A stretch of 64,000 nt of DNA. Source: Octopus sinensis (Eukaryota). A program made the translations under genes and the position numbers. Positions 36,016 through 49,414 of this stretch are shown here, in pieces; the stretch's first letter is position 1, and the number at the start of each line of letters is the position of its first letter. The notes below the pieces were generated by a model, which was not told the DNA's origin, did no database searches, and was given only the letters and a program-made list of their open reading frames with translations. The stretch spans positions 105,896,001 through 105,960,000 of the forward strand of contig NC_042997.1 in NCBI RefSeq assembly GCF_006345805.1, given 5' to 3'.

Positions 36016-39000
36016 ATGCAGAAACAACTACTACAGCAACAAGAAATACAACAGCTAATGGATCTATGTTTTAAGAAGTCCGGAAACACTATAAGTTCAT
36101 TTTCACCAGACAGTGTATCAAACTTTATAACAGAACTCTGTTATAACCCAGAGGCGGGTATAATGTTTGCGACGTACTTCAGAAAGTACGAAGAAAACTT
36201 CAGGAAACATTACAAGTCGTGGACGGACAAGGATAAAGTAAGATTATTATTACATAAAATAGCCCCGTTAAAACATGAAAGTTATTATAATTTTATACTG
36301 CCCAAAAAAACTAGTGAAATTTATTTCCAGGAAACAATCGAATTACTATCAAAACTGTCCAGTGATAAAAGCTCTCTATTCAAAACTCGATGGGAGCGTT
36401 GGAATATATTTAAAAAAGAGGGTGAAAACTTTTTTCGCGTATGCCGGGACCGTAAACTGATTGTGCGAAAGGTTTAATCTGAAGGAACTAACTCCTGATA
36501 TGTTTAAGTGCCTCGTTTCGTACACTACAAGGGCTGTTGGCAAACGAAGATGCGGAGATACGTGCAAGGATTCACACAAAACTTGAAGAAGTGGACCAGA
36601 ATTTAGCCCTGCAGACAGTTCTAGAGAAGTGTCAAAGAATGGTATACTTGCGACTGAATGTAAAAAAAGTTTAAGAGAAGGATTTCTGAGAAGAACAGGC
36701 ATGTCGACCGGTAAGGAATAAACAAAAAAAAAGGATGTTTGGACCAAATCCATGCTACGGATGTAGAGGCTTATATTTCAGCAAGGACTGTCCTTTCAAA
36801 ACGCGGAAATGTTACAAAAAATATGACACAAGAGCTCATATTGCAGAGCAAGGTTAGGAAGGTTGAACATAGAAAATTCTAAAGTTTTCTCAACAAAAAG
36901 TAGAAACGACACCAAAAAGGGGAAATTTGTATATGTAAAAGTAAATGAAGTGAATATTAAATTATAACTAGAAACTAATAGCGACATTTCGATTATTGTT
37001 ACCGACATGTGGACAAGAATTGGGAAATCTACGTTAACAAAAACATCGAAAATTGTACGAGGCGTGACAGGTGAAAAACCCCGTCGAGAGTAGATGCAAT
37101 TAAAAATATGCGTCCTCCGACTAGTATAACGACCTTAAAGCTTTTCTAGATCTAGCAAATTTTGTGGTAAAATCTGTAGAGCAAACATTTTCGAGTTCAA
37201 AATGTAACCAATCTGTTCGGTATGGACTGGATGGAGTTGTTTGACTTATGGGATCTCCCTATAAGTCTGTACTGTAAAAAATAAATGGCTGTCCCACCAT
37301 TAAAAATAACTCATCAGATGAATTGAATAAAAAATTGAAAAACTTGTTCCCTGAAGTGCTGTCGGATAAATTAGGTCTCAGTACTGAGACTGAGGCGTGT
37401 TTTGAAATAAATGGAAACGTCATATCTGTGTTCAAACCCAATAGAAAGGTAGCTTTTGCTGCGATAAAACAGGCAGAAGAAGATTTAGACAGACTAGAGA
37501 AAACTGGAATTATTCAAAAAGTGGATTATTCTAAATGAGCAGCACAGATTGTGTGTATTAAAAAAAAAAATCAAGGTGTATGCCGATTTTTATACTGGCT
37601 TGAATGACTGTCTAAAAATGTGCCATTGTCCGCTATCTACTCCGGATAATGTTTTAACAAAATTAAACGGTGGCAAGATATTTTCGAAACTGGATCTGTC
37701 TGATACGTACCTACAAATTGAAGTATACGAGGAATGCTCGAAATTTCTAACAAGAAATACGCATAAAGAACTATATTAATATAACAGATTGCCATTTGAT
37801 CTAATGGTCACACCTGACATTTTTCAATAGGTTATGAATGCTATGTTAGCGGATTGTAAATTCACAATTCCACACCTGGATGATATATTAATTAAAAGTT
37901 AATCCCGTAATCAGCATGTCGAGCATGTAAAGTGCATTTTTGAAAAAATCAAAGATTACGGTTTCACAATGAGTGAGGAAAAATATGAATTTTTTCCCTA
38001 AAATTAAGTATTTAGGACAAATTATTGATAGAAATGGAAGACGACCTGACCCGTAGAGGGTAGATGCAATCAAAAATATGTCTCCTGCGACTAGTATAAC
38101 GAATTATTATCAAAGCTACATACCAATCATGTATAATTTGGGAGCTCCACTGAATAATTTGCTAATAAAGGACGTAAAATAGAATTGGTAAAAAAATTGT
38201 CAAAACGAGTTTAACGATATTAAAAAAATATTAATATCGGATTTGTCGCTGGATCATTCGATCCTGCAGCGGAGATTGTTGTAACTTCTGACGCTTCTGA
38301 ATACGGCATAGGAGCAATAATGCTGCACAAATATAAAAACGGTAATATAAAGGCTGTGTTTCATGCCTCACGTTCTCTGATAGCTACAGAAAAAAGCTAT
38401 AGTCAAGCTGAGATAGAAGGTCTTGCAGTTATTTTTGCTGTGAAGAAATTTCACAGATTTTGCGTAGTAGAAGTTTTAAGCAAAACACTGATCACCGACC
38501 ATTATTATCAATCCTGGGGTCGAAGAAAGGAATTCCTACTCATACTGCAAATGATTGCAGCGTTGGTCTATGATATTGTTGAATTACGACTTTAAGATGG
38601 AGTGCATTCCTTCTACGAAAATTAGCCATGCGGATTATTTATCTAGGCTAATTCCGAAGAATGCGGAACCACAGGAAGATACGGTAATATCTGCATTACA
38701 ATCAGAAATCAAAATTAAAAACATTATGTGTAATGTCATTCAGGAGCTGCCAGTGACTGTGCAAGATATAAAAAGTAAATCAACAGAGGACAAATACATC
38801 ATAAACTTGAAAGAAACCTTGAAAAATAAACAAAACAGAAACACGAATGAGAACCCTTTTTCTGTTTGCGACGATGTATTAATGTACGCACGAAGCGTGG
38901 TAGTACCAACTGCACTACAAAAACATGTATTACATGGATTTCTTAGTGGATAACCAGGGATGTCAAGAATTTAAAGCTTTGATGAGGAGTTACGTGTTTT

Positions 39001-39030
39001 AGCCGACAATGGACAGGAACATTGAAAATT
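36016..39030 (+). pseudogene. Decayed Ty3/Gypsy gag-pol (K02A2.6-like), truncated in the integrase zinc finger
   Basis: gag (CYNPEAGIMFATYFRKYEE..KVRLLLHK..YNFILPKK), protease (LETNSDISI), RT (KIFSKLDLSDTYLQIEV..YNRLPF..HLDDILIKS), RNase H (SDASEYGIGA..ASRSL..SYSQAEIEGLAVIFAVKKFH..HADYLSRL), integrase start (VVVPTALQKHVL..PGMSRI); many stops and frameshifts. Confidence 0.92.
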
Positions 39031-39092
39031 TGGCCGACAATGGACTGGAATATTGAAAATTTGGCCACCAATGGACTGGGACGTTGAAAATC
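39002..39092. repeat. Three tandem 31-bp units at the Gypsy truncation point
   Basis: GCCGACAATGGAC(A/T)GGAA(C/T)ATTGAAAATTTG units start at 39002, 39033 and 39064. Confidence 0.85.
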
Positions 39093-39139
39093 ATGCAGAA
39101 GTTTTGCATGATCAGTGTTTGTCTCCTACCACCACCTGC

Positions 39140-39305
39140 CAGCCGGTATTGGTGTATTTACGTCCCAGTAAGTTGACAATTCGGCAAAAAAGACCGATAG
39201 AATAAGTACCACGCTTAAAATATAAGTACTAGGGTCAATTTGCTCGAATAAAATTCTTCAAGGCGATGCACAGCATGGCCGCAGTCTAATGTCTGAAACA
39301 AGCAA
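39140..39305 (+). mobile_element. SINE family D, 3' half
   Basis: GGTATTGGTGTATTTACGTCCC..GACCGATAGAATAAGTACC..CAGCATGGCCGCAGTCTAATGTCTGAAACAAG. Confidence 0.75.
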
Positions 39306-39328
39306 TGCATACATATATATATATATAC

Positions 39329-39365
<37 letters not shown>

Positions 39366-39618
39366 TCTATATATATATATATTATGGCGCCATTGTTTTA
39401 CTCAATAGAAGTAAGAAGTCAGGAACCCATCATGCAACTTACCCGTGTTCTTAACGTCATATACATACAAAACGGTAAATAACCAATGAAATCAGACCTA
39501 ACTTTAATTAATTCTCTCTCTGAAGCAAATGACTAACAGAATAATTAAAAAGCAAAAGCATAACGAAAAAGTAAGAAATATCTTTAATACAATGTTATCA
39601 CATCCCTGAGGACTTCGG

Positions 39619-39690
<72 letters not shown>

Positions 39691-39908
39691 GACAAAAGAC
39701 AAATAGAGAAAACCGCTAATCTTAATATTAAGAGAAAAATGGCGCTTGACAGTGTCTTTAAAAGTTTATGTAGAAATGCGCTAGCTGTCTGGACTGATGC
39801 TTAAAGAGAAGGAAACAAGTACGCGTTTAATAGTTCTGAACTATCACAAGTGAAAACAATCTTTATTGACGTGAAGTAAAAACACATACAAAAAAAAAAC
39901 AAATACTA

Positions 39909-39939
<31 letters not shown>

Positions 39940-40186
39940 ATATCTAAGAATTCTTTCATAAGTTAACATCCCCAAGAAATCTTAACTTAGAAAGGAAGTG
40001 AAAGGATACAGCTAAAATAAACCCACCCTAGTTTATAATTGGAGCCCTGGAGACTATTAAACTGGAGACAGGTTGGAAATATCTTCTGGGAATAGGGAGC
40101 ACTCCAAATAAATGAGGAACACTAACTGCTGTTAATAGCAAACACCCTTGAATTTTCTAAACGCGAAAATTGGCTATTACTGTTAC

Positions 40187-40248
<62 letters not shown>

Positions 40249-40704
40249 CAGCAGCAGCAGTTATTGTTTATGATGTTGTTGTTCTGGCTGCTGGTGTTTG
40301 TATTATATTTTAATATTTTGTTATTAGAGGTGTTATAGTCCACGTACGCAAGCGTACAAACACATACGCACACGCACACACACACACACGTACACGCACA
40401 CATGCATTTATATGCGCGCGTGTGTATGTATATGTATATATATACATATGTACAGATGTATGTGTTTGTGTGTGTGTGAGCGTGAGTATAAATATATATG
40501 CATCCGTATATGCTATTTATGAGGTAGAGGGAAGTATTCTATTAGATCACATTAAGGTCAGATTTTTGGGGCCATATTACTATTGAATAGTCTGGCATGG
40601 GGCCAATAAACACTTCATAAAACAACGAAAGCGGTAATATAAAAGATACATGTGCTCGTGTGGTGGTGGGGGGCGGAAACGTGCGAGTGCTTGCTAATGT
40701 GTGA

Positions 40705-40740
<36 letters not shown>

Positions 40741-41010
40741 GCGTGCGTGCGCGCGTGTGTGTGTGTGTGTGTGTGTGTGTGCAAGTGTTTTAATTATTTA
40801 GTGTATAAATATATCGTATACGTACGTCTAAACGATGTGAAGTGTAGATAGACTGATAGACAGATATTAATATACGTATACATACACCTCCGATGAGTGC
40901 CATTTTTTGTTTGAACATATACCTGTAAACACAACATTCATTCATTCTTACAAACATATATATATATATATATATAATATATATATTATATATATATATA
41001 TAGATATATA

Positions 41011-41042
<32 letters not shown>

Positions 41043-41045
41043 ATA

Positions 41046-41085
<40 letters not shown>

Positions 41086-41113
41086 CATATATGTATAGAT
41101 TATAATATATATA

Positions 41114-41167
<54 letters not shown>

Positions 41168-42260
41168 TATAGAATATATATATATATATATACATACATA
41201 TATGTATATATATACATATATACACATATATATGTTATTTTTGACTGTATATATATATATATTATATATATACATACATATATGTATATATATACATATA
41301 TACACATATATATGTTATTTTTGACTGTATATATATATATATATATATATATATGTCTACACAACACACACACACATATATGTATGTGTTTGTGTATTTA
41401 TTTATGTGTGTTGTGTGTGCGGGTTTGTGTGTGTCAGTACAGAGAGAGAGAGAGGTGGATGTAAAATAGAAGCATTAGCTAGGAGAGAAAAGAATGAAAA
41501 GAAAAGAAGGGGAAACAGATGGGAGGTAACCCCAGATTTTGGTTAACACTGTTTATATAGATGTTTTCCCGGAAATGACATGATAAAGATACGACCCTCC
41601 TTCTTAGCCACTATGGCACCGCCTTTCCTTTAGCGCCGTTTGGAAAAGCCATCACATTCCCGCCTAGCAATTAGTTGCAAGTTTAAGTGAAGCGCTTATT
41701 AATCCCTAGCTCTTGTTTCTAATCACTATTATAGAAAGCAAAGCATCATGATGCCATTTCAATTTATTCCCACAAGACCTCAAGAAATTCAACAATCTTT
41801 TTGATGTGCTATTATGATATTTGTCCATTTATTTGCTTCACTCGTTCACGTATTCTCTTTCTCCACCAATACTCTCCCTTCCCCCCTCTCTCTCTCTCTC
41901 TTTCTCTTTCTCTTTCTCTTTCTCGGTCTCTTTCATATCAAATATAGGATTTATTATTTATATCTCATATATGCTTATATATGTGTGTATGTGTATGTAT
42001 ACACACACATACACACACAGAGTATAACTGTCTAAATTTTCTTCTCGCTTATACAAGGTTACACATTTATACAATATATTTTCTTTCTATTATTGTAGTA
42101 TCGACATTATTATTAACAACTTTCATTAGTATATTATGTATATATTATATATATATATACATATATATATATATACATATATATATACACACACAATATA
42201 TATATATAACATAATATATATACAAACACATATATTATATACATATATATATATATACAC

Positions 42261-42300
<40 letters not shown>

Positions 42301-42423
42301 CGAGTGAGCAGACAAACGATACATTAATATACATACATATATATTCATATATTATTATTATTATTATTATTATTATTTTATTATTATCATTATTATTAAT
42401 AATAACCTTAATATATATGTGTG

Positions 42424-42470
<47 letters not shown>

Positions 42471-42491
42471 ATATATATATATGTATATATA

Positions 42492-42568
<77 letters not shown>

Positions 42569-43990
42569 CTAGATAGATATGAGTATGTATGTACGTATGC
42601 TTGTATATCAAGATGACGGACTCCAACACTTACCGACAATGACGCTGCCCTGTCTCCAGAACATCCGTGTCCTTTTTCATCTCATCCGTGCCAACGAATG
42701 ATATGCCTCGTTAACATGGCTCAACAATTTACACCTAAAGCGGATTACAGACACACACACCACACACACATACACAAGCATATGTATGTACGTATGTAAG
42801 TTTGTGTAAATGTGTTGCAAATTTTTCCTCATATATTTATGTTTTTACTATAACAATTACCTTTAATGGAAGTCATTGACACCCTCGATAAAACGTTGGA
42901 ATATAAAACGTCATTTGCTATCTCGTTACCTCCCTTGTACGTATTACGTTCAAACCCATCTGTGAACAAATTTAACTTTCGGGGCATGATAAAATATATA
43001 AGTTCCGTTTAATAGAATCGATTTTTAGCTTCCCTCCGATTTACATCTGTCAAAGTTAGCAATCAATAGACTTGAAAGATCACTGTATATAAATGCTATG
43101 TAACATTTAATTACATCTGTTGACGCTCCTAACTCAGGTCCCGTATGGACGGCTTCGGCTTTCATCTGTTCGCACATTTCCTAACACTGTTCTCTTAAGT
43201 ATAATTCTTTCAACTATAGGCACGAGGAACTAATTTCTTCGGAAAGTTGGAAGTCGATTACACCGATTTCTGTGCTTGACTAGTACATATTTTTTCGATT
43301 CCGAGAAGATAAAAGGTAAAGTTGATCTTAGTGGTATTTCAACTCGTAAAGAGCCGGAAGAAACGACGTGAAGCATTTTGTCTTACGTAATAATGATACT
43401 GCTAGCTCACGTCCTTTCTCTTAAGAATAATTGTTTTTTCTCTTTCTAATTTTAGAAGAAGGCTAGTATTTTTAGGGAATGTGACAAGTCGATAATATTG
43501 ATCCCAGAATTCAACTGGAAGCTATTTAATCGATCACAAAGGGGGAAAAGGCAAAGCTGACCTCGGCGGCATTTGAACTCAGATCATTCAGAAATTCCAC
43601 TATGTATTTTATCGAAAGGGCAAACGAATCTGCCAGTTCACTCTTGACTATAATGAAACATGAGTGTTATGGATTGGCGGAACAGTTAAAGGGTCGGACA
43701 AAATTCTTTACGATATTTAGCTACGAGCATTTGCGCTCTGATTTCAAATCCCGTTCCAAAGTCAATATTATTTCTCGTTTTACCAGTCTTTACAATATAC
43801 CCCAACCAAGTATAGACACAGGCATGTCTGCTGGGTTAAGTAGTTCATTTCGTAGCCTTGCACTTCCGCGTTTGTTCTCACTCTTCAGCACATTGCGCCA
43901 CAGTTTTACCGATATCTTGATGGTAGAATTTTGATTCACCGAAACTACGCAGAAGCCTGCCGTTTATACATTTACAAACACACACACACA

Positions 43991-44036
<46 letters not shown>

Positions 44037-44057
44037 GCACGCACACACGCACATAGT

Positions 44058-44367
44058 GAGGGCGCACAGCTTAGTGGTTAGGGCATTCGGCTCACGATCG
44101 TAAGGTCGTGAGTTCAAATCTCAGTGACGCGTTGTGTCCTTTAGCAAGATACTTTATTTCATGTTTCTCCAGCCTACTCAGCTGGCAAAAAAGGAGTAGT
44201 ATCAGCCTTGTTATACTCTGTGTCACGCTGAATCTCCTTGAGAACTCCGTTAAAGGTACACGTGTCTGTGGAATGCTCAGCCACTTGCACGTTAATTTCA
44301 CGACCACGCTGTTACGTTGATCGTATCAGCTGGAACCCTCGTCGTCATACCCGATGGCGTGCTCCTT
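44058..44367 (+). mobile_element. SINE with family C head, CORE-like domain and an alternative tail
   Basis: GGGCGCACAGCTTAGTGGTTAGGGC..GAGTTCAAATC..GTTGTGTCCTTTAGCAAGATACTTTATTTC; the module CTGTGTCACGCTGAATCTCC..CACTTGCACGTTAAT is shared with ~12400-12478. Confidence 0.8.
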
Positions 44368-44590
44368 ATGTATATATACTATATATATACATACGTCCAG
44401 ACCCCTCCAACGCACTATTAGCTGGTCCTTCAACCATATTATCACCCTATTATCTCCCCTTAATTTCGCTCTCGCGTCTCATGTTTGATCTTTGACCTTG
44501 GCCGAAATCAGATCGCCATGTTGATTCTTTTAGCTACTGCACGCATTTTTTTTCTCTCCTTCTTTCTGCTTTTTTTTTCTCTCTGTGTAC

Positions 44591-44630
44591 CTTTCTGTTG
44601 AAGAGCGTAGGCTCGAAAGGGAACGTAAAA
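44591..44630 (+). ncRNA. Minimal hammerhead ribozyme in the 5' pseudo-LTR (5-nt insertion in stem III)
   Basis: CTTT-CTGTTGA-A-GAGCGTAGGCTC-GAA-AGGGA-ACGT-A-AAA. Confidence 0.6.
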
Positions 44631-45373
44631 ACTTGTTTTATTTATATTTCCTGAGCGCCATACTATACAATTGTTCGTTGGTTTCCACCTGCCTTCGTCT
44701 TTTGTCTATTTTCATAAAGCTTCCCGTTATATATTATGCGCTCACGTGGTCTCACTTTCATCCTATATTCTACCAATACCACTATCAACACTTACCTCTA
44801 CCTTGGATTTTCTTTACCTCTTGGATACTTACCATTGGCTGCACCTCTCTTTCGCGGATCAAAGTGACTTTGCATTGATGTGAAATCCTTAAAAAATACC
44901 ACGACGTCTATACATTTCTCACCTTGACCTTGACTTTCAACCTTGAACTTGTTCGCATAAACTGTCCCGTTTGTTGTATTTTTATTTTCTCTTATATTAC
45001 CACTTTTTTTTACATTCATTTCATGCTTTCCCATTTTCCTGCATTTTTGTTCTCCTTTCCGTCTTCTTCTCTTCCCTCTCTGGATGTCCATACTCCGTTT
45101 CCTCCTCTGCCTGCACCCCCCTTTTTTTGCCTCCCCCTCTCTCTGCTTCCCTTCTTTCTTTCCCTTTTCCGTTTGCCCCGTCTTTTCTGCCCCTATCGCT
45201 TACTTATCTAGTTTTTTCATACGATTATTATTTTTTGTTTTTTTTTGAACGTTTGTTTTTTTTTCCCTTTTTTTTTACTATTTTTTTCATACGATAATTT
45301 TTTGTTTTTTTGTTTTGTTTTTTTTTTTTGTTTTTTTTGTTTTTTTCGAACGTTTTTTTTCCGCTATCCCATC

Positions 45374-48290
45374 ATGCCGGATCCTAGGTCCTACCTCCTC
45401 ACCCTCCATCACCGTTTGAAGGATCATCTCCGTTCACTTCCTGTATATTGCCTTCAGCCGTCCGTTAATCTCTCTCTACTTCTTTTTAAAAAACCCGCTT
45501 CTCTAGCCATGTCTCTTTCCTAAGCCGCTGCCTACATCACCGACTCATCCCTAAAGGTTTCCGCCTCCACTTCCACCCTGCTCTCCACTCGGATTCTTCC
45601 ATCTTACCCATACTCCGCACCACATCTTACCGCCTTATGCGGGCCACCATTCGCTCCAATCTCTCCAAACTACATGCCATCAACCGCCTTCTTTCTCCTG
45701 CTTTCTCCACCTTCTTCTCCTCTCTGCGCCGCCTCTCTATGCTCCAAACACGCTACGCTTCATTATCCATTTGAATCAACTCTTCCATCAATTTCTTTCT
45801 GATACCAACTTCGTAAACTCCAATCACTCTTCCATTCCACCCTACCCGACGCCACTACCCACCCAACTCCTCCACCACCCTTCTCCCCTCCCGATAGGCT
45901 CCTCCATCCACCCACACCTAACCCCACTGCCCCTCCCTACAACCCCTTCTCCCCTCCCGATAGGCTCCATCCACCTACACCTAACCCTACTGCCCCGCCC
46001 AACCACCCCCACACACCTCCCCAATCCCTCCCCCTCAGACCTCCACGAGACCTACACACCCCTCCTACTTCTATTCCACCCACCCCTTCTCCACTTCCGT
46101 CTGTTGTTACCATTCCCCCCGATCTTCCCCTCTCTGCGGCTGAACGCTCCGTCCTTGGTAGGGGTCTGCGTTTCATCCCCCTCACTCCATCCTGTAAGGA
46201 ATTCCAGACGCGAGTTGATGTCCACAGCTTTGTGCGCCGTGTCCGGTTGGGTGCGCATTACCACGACTCGCCACCCACACCCAACGAAGAGGACTGCTTC
46301 ACTGGCCTGGGCCGCCGACCATCCCCGTGGACGCCTGCCCCTGGCCAGATCCTAGCAGTGGATCTTTTCGCGGGCGCTTGTCAGCGTGCATTGGAGCGGT
46401 TCAACTTCTCCAGGCGCCAACGCCGCCTCAACATCTCCCCGGCTGAGCTCTTGGCTCTTCGTTCCCTCCAACGGCGCGCTGACATTATCATCAAACCGGC
46501 TGACAAGGGTGGAGCTGTAGTGGTGTGGCGCGCGGACCTCTATAGGGCCGAGGCTTTCCGCCAACTCAATGACACCTCCTTCTATTCCCCTCTGCCCTCT
46601 AACCCCACACGTAGCTACCAACAGACGGTATCCTCTACTGTCCAAGACCTCATCTCGTCCTCCCGTCTCCCCCGCACCGCATCCAACCTAATTGTGCGAA
46701 CCCCACGTACCCCCACCATTTACTTCCTCCCCAAAATCCACAAACCCAACAACCCTGGCCGCCCCATCGTCTCCGCCTGTAACTGCCCCACGGAGCTCAT
46801 CTCTAAATACCTCGACCGTGTCCTTGCCCCCCTAGTGGCATCTCTTCCCTCCCACATCCACGATACCAACCATGCTCTCCGGCTTTTCAACTCTTTCTCC
46901 TTTCCTCCCGGCTCCTCCAAAATCCTTTTTACTATGGACATCCAAAGCCTCTATACTGTTATCCCTCACCACGAAGGACTGCAGGCCCTTCGACACTTTC
47001 TTGACCTCCGCTCTAACCCTGTACCTGACACCTCCACACTCATTCGTCTGGCCGAACTTGTCCTTACTCTGAACTCTGCTTCTCTCGTTCGCGGGCGAGT
47101 TCTACCATCAGGTCTCGGGAGTGGCCATGGGAACGCGAATGGGCCCCAACTATGCGAACCTGTTCGTTGGCTATGTTGAGGCCCAAATATTCTCTAATTT
47201 CACTGGTCCCACTCCTGAACTATATGGTCGTTACATTGACGACATTATCGGTGCCACCTCACTCTCCTCTCCCGCGAACATCTAGATTCCTTCCTCTCTT
47301 TCGTCCAATCTTTCCATCCAGCCCTCCACTTCACTTCCACTATCTCCAACACCTCTGTCTCCTTCCTCGACATTTCGGTTAGCATTCTTCACTCCACTCT
47401 TACCACCTCCATTCACTACAAACACACAGACTCACACTCATACCTCAACTTCTCTTCCTCCCACCCAGAACACACCAAGCTTTCCATCCCCTATTCCCAA
47501 TTCCTCCGTCTACGTAGGCTCTGTAGTGACGACCATGACTTTGAGACTCAGTCTCAACGTATGGCTCACCACTTCACCCTACGTGGATACCCCCTCACCA
47601 CTATCCACACCGCCCTTGCCAGAGCACGGTCCGTGGACCGTGTATCTGCTCTCTCTCCCCCCGAACCCGCCCTGTAGTCTCCCGCCTCCCTTTTCCCCTC
47701 ACTTACCACCCCACGACCCTACGTCTCCAACGCACCATTCTTCGAGCTTTCCGTCATCTCCAGTCCGACCCGTCCACTTCACACCCTCTTCCCTAACCGA
47801 CCCCTCCCCTCTTTCAAACGAGCCCACAACCTTCGAGACCTTTTGGTCCATAGCTCCTTCCCTGACCCTACCTCCCAACCCGGCTCGTTCCCCTGCTCCC
47901 GCCCACGTTGCCGCACTTGCCCTTACCTCTCCAACACCACCCGCCTCACTAGCACCCACCATCGACCCTATCCCATCATCCACTCCTTCACCTGCACCTC
48001 CAGCAATATTATCTATTGCATCTCTTGCTCTCTCTGCAATTCCTTGTACATCGGACAAACGGGACGCCGCTTGGCTGACCGGTTCGCGGAACACCTTCGT
48101 GACATCCACCTTGCGAACGACACACCGGTCTCACACGCCATTTCCGCTCCACCGGTCACTCCTTGCAACACCTATCTGTGTTCGGTTTGTCCTTACACAG
48201 AGGCCATCCGGATTCCCGTTTGCGCCGTGAACAGGAATTAATCTTCTCTCTTCGCTCTTATACGCCATTTGGTCTCAACTCTCCCCCCTC
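45374..48290 (+). pseudogene. Penelope-like RT / GIY-YIG endonuclease ORF, several frameshifts
   Basis: ATG at 45374; FLSRCLHHRLIPKGFRL; ERSVLGRGLRFIP; IIIKPADKGGAVVV; LPKIHKPNNPGRPIVS; MDIQSLYTVIP; GVAMGTRMGPNYANLF; YIDD at 47232-47243; FLDI; YKHTDSHSYL; CSRPRCRTC zinc knuckle; IIYCISCSLCNSLYIGQTGRRLADRFAEH; EQELIFSLRSYTPFGLN. Confidence 0.95.
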
Positions 48291-48624
48291 CTCATCTAAC
48301 CCCCTCTCCCCCTCCTCACTATCCTTCCCCCCGACCCCTACTTCTTCAGTCCTTCATCCTTTCACCCCTACTCCCCTTCCCTTCTTCCCTCTTTCTCCCT
48401 CCCTCCTTCCCTCTTCCCTTCCCTCTGCTCCCTCACTCTCCCCCTCTCCCTCTTTCCTCCTTCTCCCCCTCCTCCCCTCCTTCTCCCCCTCCTCTCTCTC
48501 CCCCCATCCTCTCCTCTTCCCCCCTCTCCTCCCCATCTCCTCCTCCCCCCTTCTCCCCCCTCTTCTCCTCACTACAACACACGACTTACACATCACATCA
48601 TATATGATGTGCCATACTAATACA

Positions 48625-48930
48625 TACACCAACTAATACATACTAATACGTACTAATACATACTAATACATACTAATACATACACCAACCCTATACATAC
48701 ACACGTCCAGACCCCGCATACGCACTTATACTCTCTCATACACACACACACACACTTATACATACTAATACGTACTAATACATACTAATACATACTAATA
48801 CATACACCAACCCCATACATACGCACGTCCAGACCAATCCTACGCACTAATACTCTCTCATACACACACACACACACACCCTTATACATACTAATACATA
48901 CACCAACCCTATACATACACACGTCCAGAC
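48625..48930. repeat. Tandem ~100-125 bp subrepeats upstream of the 3' pseudo-LTR core
   Basis: TACATACACCAACCC(T/C)ATACATAC(A/G)CACGTCCAGACC recurs three times, separated by (TACTAATACA)n and (CA)n. Confidence 0.8.
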
Positions 48931-49116
48931 CCCTCCTACGCACTATTAGCTGGTCCTTCAACCATATTATCAACCCTATTATCTCCCCTTATTTCGCTCT
49001 CGCGTCTCATGTTTGATCTTTGACCTCTGGCCGAAATCAGATCGCCATGTTGATTCGTTAGCTACTGCACGCATTTTTTTTCTCTCCTTCTTTCTGTGTT
49101 TTTTTCTCTCTGTGTA

Positions 49117-49154
49117 TCTTTCTGTTGAAGAGCGTAGGCTCGAAACGTTAAAGA
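49117..49154 (+). ncRNA. Minimal type I hammerhead ribozyme in the 3' pseudo-LTR
   Basis: Stem I TCTTT/AAAGA, core CTGTTGA plus A, stem II GAGC-GTAG-GCTC, GAA, palindromic ACGT stem III, cleavage position U49149. Confidence 0.75.
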
Positions 49155-49251
49155 CTTGTTTTATTTATATTTCCTGAGCGCCATACTAATACAATTGTTC
49201 GTTTGTTTTCCACCTGCCTTCGTCTTTTGTCTATTTTCATAAAGCTTCCCG

Positions 49252-49287
<36 letters not shown>

Positions 49288-49375
49288 GTATAGTGAGAAT
49301 TTGCAAAAAAATGACGAAGATAGGTGTGTAAACAACAAACACATGTATTAGTTTTACGCTCGGGAAGTGAGAAAG

Positions 49376-49414
49376 TCGTTTACGTTTCGAGCCTACGCTC
49401 TTCGACAGAAAAGA
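49376..49414 (-). ncRNA. Hammerhead motif with weakened stem I
   Basis: Minus strand TCTTTT-CTGTCGA-A-GAGCGTAGGCTC-GAA-ACGT-A-AACGAC. Confidence 0.6.

Larger units (their letters stand above)
44393..49258 (+). mobile_element. Penelope-like retroelement (Neptune-type), near complete, with direct pseudo-LTRs
   Basis: RT plus C-terminal GIY-YIG ORF bracketed by ~340-bp direct repeats (44393-44734 and 48921-49258) that contain hammerhead motifs and end in (TA)n. Confidence 0.93.

Noticed and set aside
45374-48290. Selenocysteine (UGA) recoding as reported for some Naiad Penelope-like elements
   Set aside because: The RT and endonuclease regions I reconstructed need frameshift corrections, not UGA read-through, and the endonuclease is C-terminal.
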